Positions 31,314 to 41,600 of a stretch of 64,000 nucleotides of DNA are shown piece after piece. Position numbers and translations under genes: made by a program. The notes beneath the pieces are model-generated. The model did no database searches, was not told where the DNA came from, and saw only the letters and a program-made list of their open reading frames with translations. Position 1 is the first letter of the stretch. Every line of letters begins with the position of its first letter. Origin of the DNA: Candidatus Kapaibacterium sp. (GTDB lineage: Bacteria > Bacteroidota > Ignavibacteria > Kapaibacteriales > NICIL-2); NCBI GenBank assembly GCA_025055755.1, contig JANWWF010000001.1, positions 151,581 through 215,580 on the forward strand. The letters are read 5' to 3'.

Positions 31314-31937
31314 CTATTTGAGAACTTCGCCTGTTTCGATTGCCCATAAAAGCAAGTCTAATTCTTGAAGAGGTAGCCCACACTGAGCTGCGAAATTGCA
31401 GAAAGCATTCTCAATTTGTTCGTAGTGGCGTTCAGTGCGTGGAAAATCGTTGGTGTCAATTGCTCCGAAGCGGCACAGATTTCGGAGAACATGTCGGTCA
31501 ACTATCGCAAGCTCAAAGCGCCCAAGATTGCGGAGCACATGGCTTGCTTCTTTCATGCCAAAACCTGCAACATTTTTCACAATCCACCGACGCAGATCTC
31601 TTGCACTCTGAATCGAGCTGAGGGCGCCAACAATAGCTGAGAATTGCGAATGGAGACGCAAAAGACGTTTTGCTTTCGTCCGATGGAATCGCACATAGTG
31701 ATTGCGATCTGCGAGAACCGGTGTTGGATCTACGGGATGCTCGAAAAAACGTTCCGCACGAAGACACTCGACAACACGCATTGCGTGGCGCGCCTTGCTT
31801 TGCGGTGTACAAAGACAGTAGCAAAACTCGTAGAATATGTCCTCTTTGGTCTTCGGAGCACAAAATTCCGCCAATCTTGCCCTAATTGCGTTAGCAAATG
31901 CGGCATAATGCTTATCAAGAGGTGGTGGCAAATTCAT
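31314..31937 (-). CDS. ogg: 8-oxoguanine DNA glycosylase/AP lyase (archaeal/Thermotoga OGG2-type)
   Basis: EFCYCLCTPQS, RFH..KA, HhH GFGMKEASHVLRNLG, AIVDRHVLR, LDLLLW...TGEVLK. Start ATG 31937 overlaps the upstream stop. Confidence 0.85.
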   Translation of the reverse strand: MNLPPPLDKHYAAFANAIRARLAEFCAPKTKEDIFYEFCYCLCTPQSKARHAMRVVECLRAERFFEHPVDPTPVLADRNHYVRFHRTKAKRLLRLHSQFSAIVGALSSIQSARDLRRWIVKNVAGFGMKEASHVLRNLGRFELAIVDRHVLRNLCRFGAIDTNDFPRTERHYEQIENAFCNFAAQCGLPLQELDLLLWAIETGEVLK

Positions 31938-34708
31938 TTTGCCATCTGAAGGAGAGCAATCCACAAGTGCACAAACGGCTTTCCTGTAGTGTGGGCTAAT
32001 TGCCAAATGCAAGGAAGGTTAGTCCCGACGTAGAAGTCCGCGTCCGACTGTCTAATTTCCTCAGCCTGTTGCGCAAGGGCATGCGCAGGGAGTTCTGGAT
32101 ACCGCAATCCTCGATCTCCTGCCATCCCGCAGCATGCCGCCGATGGGGGAATGATAACTTGACAACCTAACCGCTCAAGAAGTAACCTTATCCGCTCGGT
32201 TGCACCCAGGCGCTCCCCTGCGCAGCCAGGATGGACAAGTACGCGATATCGCCGAGCAGGGGCTGAAATTTGCCCATGTGTGTACAGATACTCAGCTGCA
32301 TCCACGGGATCGAGGACTTTTACCTGCATCGTATCATCTGAAGCAGTCATCTTTTTTAGCTCCTGCCCGATAGAGAGTGCACATGAGCTGCTGTCAACAA
32401 CAAGCGGTATAGCCCCATCTTCGGTTGCCTTCATCGCTGCTGCTATCCACCTGGATGCGACGCGACGGTATTCAGCAACCATCCCTCCAGAATGCCATGG
32501 ATGCCCACAGCACACAGTACATGCTGCAGGAGGAATTGCCACCTTTACCCCTGCCTGCTTTGCAAGGTGAAGAAATGCTTCGGCAACCGACCCATGTCGA
32601 TTACGCCCCCCAAAGCATGTCATACAGGTTGGCAGATATGTAAGGTGTGGTGCTCGACACGATTGTGCACGGAGGCGTTCGGGCACCCCCATTGTACGAA
32701 GCCACATCGGTGTCCGTGCTACGTGTGTAGCAATGTTAGACACGCGTTCCATGAGGCTCTCCCCCGTTAGTGATGCAATTTTTTTCGCAAGGAAAAGCTT
32801 CATTCCTGTTGCCCGGATCCAAAAAGCAGGAGAAAGTGCAGCTAATTGCCAGCCGATGCGCGATAGACCATTGGCCTTCTGCTCCCGTTGTTCGATGATC
32901 ACCTCACCAGTGTTGATACCCACCGGACAGGCAAGCATGCACATTCCATCAGCTGCACAGGTTACTTCACCGGCGTAAGTGAAGGCACGGTGGAGGATAC
33001 GGCGCTCATTATCCCTTCTACATCGGGCAATTTCACGAAGAACAACAATGCGCTGACGAGGCGAAAGAGTAAGTGTTGCTGAAGGGCACACGCGCTCACA
33101 AAAGCCACACTCGATGCAATGATCGAGCACAGGATGCACCCTCGGCAGATGCTTGATATTGCGCACATGAAGCGTTGTATCCCGCGTAAGGATGACATCT
33201 GGATTGAGAAGATGCTGAGGATCAACAAGCCGTTTGATACGCCACATGATCTCGGTCGCCCGATCTCCCCATTGCTGCACAAGATATGGTGCCATGTTTC
33301 GCCCTGTCCCATGTTCTGCTTTGAGAGAGCCATCATAGCGCTGAACAACTAACTCAGCCAGCGCATCCATGAATGCAGCGTAGGTATCTATCGAACGCTG
33401 ATCAGAAACAAGCGAAAATGCAAAGTGCATGTTTCCATCGCGTGCATGCCCGAAGATGACAGCATCATCAAAGCTAAAGGTGTCGAGCAAGCGGCGCAAA
33501 TCCCCTACTGCCTCTGCCAAGCGATCGCGCGGGAAGGCGACATCTTCGTTGATAAGAGCAGAACCAACCGGTCGGGCTGCGCCGACACTAGGCATTGCGC
33601 CTTTGCGCAGCTTCCATAGAAGAAGGCGTTCGTAGTCATTGGTAGCGATGGTAACAGAATCAGCATTGCACATGTCTGCAACATGCGCAATGTGGGTGGA
33701 TGGAATTGCTTCTGCAGAGTCCGCATAGCGGAATTCAACTAATAATCCTGCAGCGCGGGGCAATTGAACTCTCGTTCCCTGTACAGCATAATGCTGTATA
33801 GCCCGCAAAGTCGCATCATCCATCAACTCGATTGCAGTCGCACCCATGTCATCAAACGCTGCCACAGCTCGGCATGCATCGGCAATCGTGGGGAAGCCAA
33901 TAAGGGCAGTTTGCGCAAACGGCGGTTCCTCGATAGTAGCAAGTGTAACATTAGCGATAAAACCAAGGGTACCCTCACTGCCAACCATCAAGTGCTGCAG
34001 AATGTCTGCTGGCAGGTCATAATCCAGAAAAGCTGCCAGTGCAAACCCCATCGTGTTTTTCAGGCGACTACGGTGGCGAATCAACGCAACCAGTGCCCGA
34101 TCTGCTCGAATCTCATCCCGCAGTGTTGCAAGCCCCTGGTAAAGCTCTGGTTCATAGTGTGCTAACTGCGCATCTGCAGCAGCAATGTCCGTAGTATCGA
34201 TCATTGTCCCCGAGGGCAGGACTAGTGTCATCGCGCGCAGTGTGTGGTATGAGTTCTGCGTAATACCACAGCACATACCACTGGCATTGTTTGCTACAAT
34301 TCCGCCTATTGTGCATGCATCGATCGAGGCAGGGTCCGGACCAATGCGCCGGTGATAGGCTCGCAGCCGTGCATTGACGTATCCTCCCCGCAACGAGCAT
34401 CCAGCAGTCACTACTGCCCCATCGCGCCCAACAACAAAATCATTGAAGTTGCGCACAACAACGAGAACATGGTGGGTTACTGCTTGTCCCGAAAGACTTG
34501 TTCCCGCTCCACGGAAAGTGATCGGAATGTTCTCTCGCCTACTCCATGCAAAAAGGCTCTGCACATCCGCAATTGATTCAACGCGAACGACCGACCGCGG
34601 CACAAGCTGATAAAGGCTTGCATCACAGGAATACGCAACACGATCGAGAAGTGATGTGGAGACTTTATCCGCGCCTAATACTGCTGCTAACTTCTCCTCT
34701 GCATCCAC
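31934..34708 (-). CDS. FAD-binding/Fe-S oxidoreductase (D-lactate dehydrogenase Dld-II-like)
   Basis: FRGAGTSLSGQ, GPDPAS, GSEGTLG, KAEHGTGR, CIECGFCERVCP, CCG motifs. Start probably GTG 34708. Confidence 0.88.
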   Translation of the reverse strand: MDAEEKLAAVLGADKVSTSLLDRVAYSCDASLYQLVPRSVVRVESIADVQSLFAWSRRENIPITFRGAGTSLSGQAVTHHVLVVVRNFNDFVVGRDGAVVTAGCSLRGGYVNARLRAYHRRIGPDPASIDACTIGGIVANNASGMCCGITQNSYHTLRAMTLVLPSGTMIDTTDIAAADAQLAHYEPELYQGLATLRDEIRADRALVALIRHRSRLKNTMGFALAAFLDYDLPADILQHLMVGSEGTLGFIANVTLATIEEPPFAQTALIGFPTIADACRAVAAFDDMGATAIELMDDATLRAIQHYAVQGTRVQLPRAAGLLVEFRYADSAEAIPSTHIAHVADMCNADSVTIATNDYERLLLWKLRKGAMPSVGAARPVGSALINEDVAFPRDRLAEAVGDLRRLLDTFSFDDAVIFGHARDGNMHFAFSLVSDQRSIDTYAAFMDALAELVVQRYDGSLKAEHGTGRNMAPYLVQQWGDRATEIMWRIKRLVDPQHLLNPDVILTRDTTLHVRNIKHLPRVHPVLDHCIECGFCERVCPSATLTLSPRQRIVVLREIARCRRDNERRILHRAFTYAGEVTCAADGMCMLACPVGINTGEVIIEQREQKANGLSRIGWQLAALSPAFWIRATGMKLFLAKKIASLTGESLMERVSNIATHVARTPMWLRTMGVPERLRAQSCRAPHLTYLPTCMTCFGGRNRHGSVAEAFLHLAKQAGVKVAIPPAACTVCCGHPWHSGGMVAEYRRVASRWIAAAMKATEDGAIPLVVDSSSCALSIGQELKKMTASDDTMQVKVLDPVDAAEYLYTHGQISAPARRYRVLVHPGCAGERLGATERIRLLLERLGCQVIIPPSAACCGMAGDRGLRYPELPAHALAQQAEEIRQSDADFYVGTNLPCIWQLAHTTGKPFVHLWIALLQMAK

Positions 34709-34713
34709 GGGCG

Positions 34714-35919
34714 TTAGGATACACGTTCGACCACTGCTGCAACACCTTGACCGACGCCAACACACAGAGAAGCAACACCATAGCGCCCGTTGTGGCGGTG
34801 TAGTGCTCGAATAAGCGTTCCGAGAATTCGTGCGCCGCTCATTCCCAGTGGATGCCCAATAGCAATGGCACCGCCGTGCACGTTGAGTTTTTCCAAGGGG
34901 ATGTTTAGCAGTCGCTGGCATGCAAGTACCTGCGCTGCAAATGCCTCGTTGATTTCAAACAAATCCACCTGTTCGATGGATATGCCCGCTTTGCGCAATG
35001 CGCCTGGAATTGCCTCAACTGGACCAATTCCCATATAGCGGGGGTCCACGCCAACAGCATGTCCTGCCAGATACCGCGCCAGTGGCTGGAGGTTATACTG
35101 TTGCACTGCCTTCTCACTGGCAACGATTACTGCTGCTGCCCCATCGTTGAGAGATGAAGAATTTCCTGCTGTAACTGTCCCGTTTTTGCGGAATGCCGGG
35201 GGTAGCTGGGCAAGCTTCTCAAGAGACGTATCTGTCCGCGGTCCCTCATCCCGACCGACCGTTGTCTCATTTCCTTTCGCATCCCGCACAACAACTGGCA
35301 TGATTTCTCCCTGCAAAAAACCATCTTCATATGCAGCAATTGCAAGCTGATGAGAACGGAGAGCATAGGCGTCTTGATCAGCTCGGCTAATCGAGTAACG
35401 CTCTGCAACATTTTCAGCTGTCTCGCCCATGGATTCAAGAGGAAAGAGTTTTTCCATCGCAGGATTAGGGAACCGCCATCCCAGCGCTGTATCGTACGCT
35501 GTAAGATTTCCGAACACAGCACGGCCACTAACGTTCTTCGGAAGCACATACGGTGCTCGCGACATGGACTCAACGCCCCCAGCGATGATAAGATCGGCTT
35601 CTCCCGCCATTATTGCCCGTGCCGCAACAATAACTGCTTCCAGCGAGGAGGCGCAGAGCCGATTAACCGTAACGCCTGGCACATGGTGTGGCAGCCCAGC
35701 AAGAAGCACTGCCATCCGCGCTACATTACGATTGTCTTCTCCAGCTTGATTGGCACAGCCGAGCACGACATCGTCTATTGCCGAGGGATCAAGAGAGTTT
35801 TTCTCGATCATTGCCTGCAGCAGCAGGGCAGCCATGTCATCGGGACGAACAGAGCTCAAAAGACCACCATACTTGCCAACCGGTGTGCGAAGTGGACTGC
35901 ATAGAAAAACAGTGCGCAT
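34714..35919 (-). CDS. Acetyl-CoA C-acyltransferase (thiolase, PcaF/PaaJ-like)
   Basis: GCANQAGEDNRNVARM, NRLCASS, NEAFA, GHPLG, CVGVGQG. Confidence 0.93.
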   Translation of the reverse strand: MRTVFLCSPLRTPVGKYGGLLSSVRPDDMAALLLQAMIEKNSLDPSAIDDVVLGCANQAGEDNRNVARMAVLLAGLPHHVPGVTVNRLCASSLEAVIVAARAIMAGEADLIIAGGVESMSRAPYVLPKNVSGRAVFGNLTAYDTALGWRFPNPAMEKLFPLESMGETAENVAERYSISRADQDAYALRSHQLAIAAYEDGFLQGEIMPVVVRDAKGNETTVGRDEGPRTDTSLEKLAQLPPAFRKNGTVTAGNSSSLNDGAAAVIVASEKAVQQYNLQPLARYLAGHAVGVDPRYMGIGPVEAIPGALRKAGISIEQVDLFEINEAFAAQVLACQRLLNIPLEKLNVHGGAIAIGHPLGMSGARILGTLIRALHRHNGRYGVASLCVGVGQGVAAVVERVS

Positions 35920-35925
35920 AGCGTG

Positions 35926-38631
35926 CTATTGAGTAAGGTATCGTAAACTTTGCTCGACCTTGGCGAGTGCTTCGACAAATGCGGCTTCTTTTGCTCGCTC
36001 GTTTTCGACGATTTCTGGCTTTGCACGTTGGAGGAATTGTTCGTTTGCAAGACGTGATCGAGTTTGTGCAAGGAGACGTTGCAGGCGCTCATACTCTGCT
36101 TGTAGTCGCTCACGCTCACGATCGATGATGTGTTCTCCGACCACCAGAAATAGCTCAGTATCTCGAACAAAGGCAGTAAGTGCTCCCGCTGGTTTGCCCG
36201 ATGGCGTGTATGGTGTTGGCACGTCAATACGCGCAAGCTCTGCCACAAGGGCAGCATGGCATTCGAGCAATTCCAGTGCATGATTCTCTGCACGGTAATA
36301 TGACACGGGACGCTCCGATGGCTTCAGTCCCGCTGTAGCCTTGAGCATGCGATACTGCTCGATGATCTGCTTGAGGATTTCCATCTGCTGTTCGAGCGTG
36401 GGTTGCTCCCAGGAAGGATTGTACGACGGCAATAAGGACGTGCAAAGAGACTCCGTACGATCACGCAAGCCAAGCCGGTGCCAAATTTCCTCGGTGATAA
36501 ATGGCATCAGGGGATGCAGCAGACCAAGTGCATCTTCGAATATGCTCAGTGCAAAGCGAACACGTCGTTGTCGTAGCTCGGTGTACTCTGTCCGTTGAAG
36601 CTCGATTTTGAGCAATTCGATGTACCAATCGCAGTAGTCATGCCAGAAAAAGTCGTACAGCGTGCGGACATACTCATTAATGCGGTATCGGCTCAAATGC
36701 TCCTCAACCAGGCGAATTGTCGCATGCAGCCGGGAGCGAATCCACCGGTCACTTAAGGATAGCTCCTCTTCGGCGAGCGTGGGAGATCGTTCAGCGCCTA
36801 CCTGGGCTTCGTCTGCTTTGAGTGCTAAGAAACGTGCCGCATTCCACAGTTTATTGGCAAAATTTCTCCCCAGCTCCATCTGTGGTGCATCCTGGGTCAC
36901 CGGATCGACAGTGATGCGCACATCCTGCCCAACTGGAGCAAGGTAAAGAACCGTGTACCGCACTGCATCTGCCCCGTATTTGCCAATAAGCTGAAGAGGA
37001 TCAGGGGAATTCCCCAGTGACTTCGACATCTTGCGTCCTTTGTCATCGCGGATGATGCTGGTGAAATACACATCCCGGAAAGGAATAACACCCCGAAAGT
37101 AGAGCGACGCCATGATCATCCGCGCAACCCAGAAGAAAATGATGTCTGGTCCTGTGACCAGCAAATCCGTTGGCAGGTAAGTGCGAAGCACAGGGGTATC
37201 CTCTGTTTTTCCATCATGGAGCCATCCCATTGTCGTAAGCATCCACAGCCAAGAGGAAAACCACGTGTCAAGAGAATCTTCATCCTGCCAGAGGGGAACG
37301 TCGGGACCAAGCTCGAGCCGAGCGCGCGCTTCTTCTTCGCTCCGTGCAGCAGTGAAGCGGCCGTCCGGCGCATAGTACACGGGAATGCGATGCCCCCACC
37401 AAAGCTGACGGGATATGCACCAATCTCGAATATTTCGCATCCAGTGTTCGTAGGTCTTCACCCAATGTTCGGGGAAAAAGCGTATCTGCCCTTGGAGAAC
37501 TGCTTCGAGCGCTGGCTGGGCCAAAGGCTGCATATGAACAAACCACTGATCGCTGTAATATGGTTCGATTGGCTCACCACTCCGCTCGGAGAACCCGACA
37601 TTATGTTTGTAGGGCATTTCCGAGACGATAAGCTCTTGTGCACGTAAGTCTTCGACGATACGACGACGAGCCTCGAAGCGGTCCATTCCCGCATATCTCC
37701 CTGCGACCTCGTTGAGCTTTCCATCGGGATTGATGGAAACGAGCACTGGCAAGTGATGCCGCATTCCAATTTCGAAGTCATTTGGGTCATGGGCAGGAGT
37801 AATCTTAAGGCAGCCTGTTCCAAAGGCTGGATCAACGTAGCTATCAGCGATAACCGGCACGTAGCGATCGGTTAAGGGGACACGAACGCGCGTTCCCACC
37901 AAGTGCCGATACCGTTCATCGTCTGGATGAACGGCCACCGCAACATCTCCGAAAATTGTTTCTGGCCGTACCGTAGCAATCGGCAAGTAGTCAGTGGTTG
38001 AGCCCTCGCAGTAGTACTTGAGGGTGTAAAGCGTATCTTCTACTTCTCGGTAGAGGACCTCTTCGTCCGAGAGTGCGGACTGAAGGGTGGGTGACCAATT
38101 GATGATCCGCTTGCCTCGATAAATTAATCCTGCATCGAAAAGGCGAATGAAGACTTCGCGGACTGCATTCGATGCCCCTGGGTCCATTGTAAACAAGGTC
38201 CGATTCCAGTCACACGAGACACCAAGGGAGCGAAGCTGCTCAAGAATGATTCCACCGTATTGTTCCTTCCACTGCCAAACGCGACGGAGGAATTCTTCCC
38301 TCCCCAAATCCCACCGTGTTTTGCCCTCCGTGCGGTATAGCTCTGCTTCAACCTTGCTTTGCGTTGCAATCCCCGCATGGTCGAGACCGGGGAACCAACA
38401 CGCAACCTTTCCTTTCTTTCGATGGTAGCGGATGTAAAGATCCTGGATAGTGTTATTGAGCACATGCCCCATTGTCAATACCCCTGTCACATTGGGAGGG
38501 GGCATCAAGATGCTGTAGCGAGGCTTATCTGTTTCGTCGGGACATGAAAACAGATTAAGTCGCAACCAATGCTCATACCATTGCCGCTCGATACGAGAAG
38601 GATCGTACTGACGGTCAAACTCGCGCTGCAT
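35926..38631 (-). CDS. valS: Valine--tRNA ligase
   Basis: PPPNVTG.LTMGH, DHAGIATQ, WCISRQLWWGH, KMSKS, C-terminal coiled-coil arm. Start ATG 38631. Confidence 0.97.
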   Translation of the reverse strand: MQREFDRQYDPSRIERQWYEHWLRLNLFSCPDETDKPRYSILMPPPNVTGVLTMGHVLNNTIQDLYIRYHRKKGKVACWFPGLDHAGIATQSKVEAELYRTEGKTRWDLGREEFLRRVWQWKEQYGGIILEQLRSLGVSCDWNRTLFTMDPGASNAVREVFIRLFDAGLIYRGKRIINWSPTLQSALSDEEVLYREVEDTLYTLKYYCEGSTTDYLPIATVRPETIFGDVAVAVHPDDERYRHLVGTRVRVPLTDRYVPVIADSYVDPAFGTGCLKITPAHDPNDFEIGMRHHLPVLVSINPDGKLNEVAGRYAGMDRFEARRRIVEDLRAQELIVSEMPYKHNVGFSERSGEPIEPYYSDQWFVHMQPLAQPALEAVLQGQIRFFPEHWVKTYEHWMRNIRDWCISRQLWWGHRIPVYYAPDGRFTAARSEEEARARLELGPDVPLWQDEDSLDTWFSSWLWMLTTMGWLHDGKTEDTPVLRTYLPTDLLVTGPDIIFFWVARMIMASLYFRGVIPFRDVYFTSIIRDDKGRKMSKSLGNSPDPLQLIGKYGADAVRYTVLYLAPVGQDVRITVDPVTQDAPQMELGRNFANKLWNAARFLALKADEAQVGAERSPTLAEEELSLSDRWIRSRLHATIRLVEEHLSRYRINEYVRTLYDFFWHDYCDWYIELLKIELQRTEYTELRQRRVRFALSIFEDALGLLHPLMPFITEEIWHRLGLRDRTESLCTSLLPSYNPSWEQPTLEQQMEILKQIIEQYRMLKATAGLKPSERPVSYYRAENHALELLECHAALVAELARIDVPTPYTPSGKPAGALTAFVRDTELFLVVGEHIIDRERERLQAEYERLQRLLAQTRSRLANEQFLQRAKPEIVENERAKEAAFVEALAKVEQSLRYLTQ

Positions 38632-38661
38632 AGGGTAGATGTTTTTCTTCTCACCAGGCTG

Positions 38662-38669
38662 CAAAGATA
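38662..38669 (-). promoter_or_regulatory. Putative -7 promoter box TATCTTTG upstream of valS
   Basis: TAnnTTTG about 31 nt upstream of the valS ATG. Confidence 0.5.
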
Positions 38670-38692
38670 GCAGCACCACACCAACGCTTCCT

Positions 38693-41600
38693 TTATCGCA
38701 CGATGGTCAGTAAGCCACTCCGCGCATCTTCGGGAGTGCTATCGGTAAGCCACACTCGCCAGTAGTACACCCCACTTTTCAAAGTACCCCCCTCAGTTTG
38801 GTCAAGAAGCGGTAGAGTAACGATGTTATCACCAAACCGAAGATCAAGCGTCTGTGAGCGTACTCGCCGTCCAAGAGCATCATACAATTCAAACACAGCG
38901 CTGCTCTGGTATGCAAAACCGCGATAAGTAATTCGAAGCTCTATCTGCTCACTTTCTCCTGCTGGGTTGGGTATGACAAATGCACTGTCCAATGACAATC
39001 CACCGTGAACAACCAAGACATACTGCGCTGTTGTCGTGTTTCCGAATGCATCACGGGCATTGACAAGCAGCACGTTTGTTCCCCGTTCAAGCTCAACTTC
39101 GGTCTCAACTGCAGCACGAATCAAAGGGGTAGCTCTCCAGCGTGGCTGCAAAGCTGCTGAATCGGTGGAATAGAACACGTACCGTACGCTTCCTGCTGGC
39201 AGTCGTACTCCATTGAGCCGAAGAGTGATTGTATTCCTGTCGGAAATTGGCACAGCAGCAGAGTCAATTAATCCACATTCGATTGTCACCCTCTGTGGAA
39301 CGGAGGAGGTGTCCCCAAGTTCTCTGCCATTGGCATATGCGCGAATGGTTGGTGGCTGAGTATCCTCGCGAACGAAAAAAGGAGCAATTACGGTGTTATT
39401 GAAACCATACAAGTCTCCTTGTCCAGGCAAGGACAATTGAAGAAGCGAACGCTGAGGTAAAGAAAGTGTGGGAACAAGCAGTGCAATGGTGGTATCCCCA
39501 AGAACCATAGTGGCTGTATCCGGCAGCGTTGGCACGGCAACTGATGTGCCATCCTCAGAGCGCAACTGCCATACAACCTGTGTTGAGGACATACCACTGC
39601 GCTGAACGAGGTTGACTACACGACCTTTGATGAATACAGTGTCACCTCGTAAGGGTTTGTCAGGGAGAACATCTAAAACAGCAGCGAATTCTGGCTTTGG
39701 TGTATACTGAATGGCAGCGCGCCTGAGCATGTAAGGATTGAAGTCACCGCTATCACGCGAGAATGAGCATACCAGGCGCAGGTATGGATACTCGGCTGCC
39801 AAGATTGAGTCAAGCAGTAAGGTTGTCTCTTCTCGACTAAGCAAAAGCGTGGTGGTGGTCTCTGGGGTCTGGCCTCCATAGACGCTGACCCGCACTCGAG
39901 GCACACCATCCTGGAAATCAAGGTGCATCGCATGCCATCGTGCAGCGGGACCAGCAACAGGGAGGGTAAGTTCGGCATCTCTTAAATAGAGGGGCAATCC
40001 AAACTTTGCCCATAGGGTATCCCCTAAGGCTGGTGGAGTCTCACTCCCGATGTGTTCGACAACAAAGGGGCGTCGATTCGACCGCATGCCGACAAAAAGA
40101 TAGGAACGCGTTCCGGTCAATAGATGCACCTTCGTTGCACCAAAGCCAGAAAGGACTCGAGCAAACTCTTGAGCATATTGGGCGTATTGCAAACCCCAAG
40201 CAGCCCCACATGAGACTAAAAGGACATAATCTTCCTGTTCAACCGTATCCCGCAAATAGCCAATCAATTCTCGGATACTCCCCCAACTGCGAGCCACGGG
40301 TGTTGTTGTCCACGTAGCATACCATCGCACAGTTTTGAGCGATCCATCTCGAGAGGATACCACAGCAAGATGCACACCTACTTCATCATTGCGCTCTGAC
40401 GCGACATTGACGCCGCCAAGACGCAGACGATAACCCGGCTGTATTGCCACGCGAACAGTATCACTATCGAGGTATTGGTAACCACCCGCGGACATGAGTT
40501 CGACAGCTATCTGGCTGCGGAATATAAGCCCCCCCGTTGTATCGAGGCTCAAACCATATGTAGTGGACCGGCTCCAACCCGCTGCTTTTCCCTGCCATAG
40601 AGTAACAGTTTGGGGCATAACGGTGTCCTGTACAACAACAGGTACCACAAGCCATGGTGTCCATCGCTGATTTGCTGTATTGTAGCCCCGAATAAAAGCA
40701 GTATACTCCATGCCTTTTTGCAACGTTTGAGGAATCCGCCATTCACAATGAGTCCGATATTCAACAACAGGGCTATTGTCAGTAGCCATCACTGTATCTC
40801 CTGCTGCAGAAACAAGAAAGGCTTGATATGTAAATGGCGATTGTACCGAAAATGGATTGAGAAAGCGTATGATGCTATTCCCAGCGGCAATGTCCCATCC
40901 GTGCAGTGGCTCTACTGGGTAGAGCTGCTCAGCGTAAACATACAACGGTTTTTCAAGCACTGGAAATCGTCGGCCCATTCGACCCAAAGGATCAATTTCG
41001 AAGTGAAGGATATGCTCTCCCGGCATGTCGCGAATTGGGAATGATAAAGAAAACCCCTCTGGCAAGCAAAGCTCATGAAGCAATACGACGTTTGTATCCC
41101 GACGATCAAGATAGGACCGCACAACACGAACTTCAATAGCAGTGTCCTCATACACTCCTGCATTGAAAACAACACCCTCGATACGTATGCTGTCAAGGTC
41201 TGCGGTTATAATTGGTGCTGCTGGTATCGGGCGAAAGAGAATGGAAGCGTCATCCAGCACCGGATGAGCAACAGTGTCGATTGGTATCCGCGTGAGAGGA
41301 TCCCCCAACAGACTTGTCTGCATTATCGTGTTGATTGCCACTTGGGAGCCATCACTGAGGTACTGTTTAGCTGCATTGAGCACTTCACCTACTCTGCGCA
41401 GAGGCGTCCGCGCTACCACGGCAAACAGTCCGGCATTGAGGATATCATCGTAGGAACGAATCCCAAATCCCGTCGTTGCAATGACCGCAACGGCGCCACT
41501 ATTAGGGCGGATAAGGAACTCCTCCCCTAATGCTTGGAGAGAAGGCTCTGCAAATGCACCAATCTGGCAAGAGAAGCTTGCAAGGACAGGATAGCGTCCC

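Noticed and set aside
34709-34921. 71-aa N-terminal extension of the Dld-like ORF overlapping the thiolase
   Set aside because: Non-homologous read-through; the domain starts near GTG 34708. Similar over-extended starts were trimmed for ftsA, mtaB, ogg, valS, lat and uvrA.
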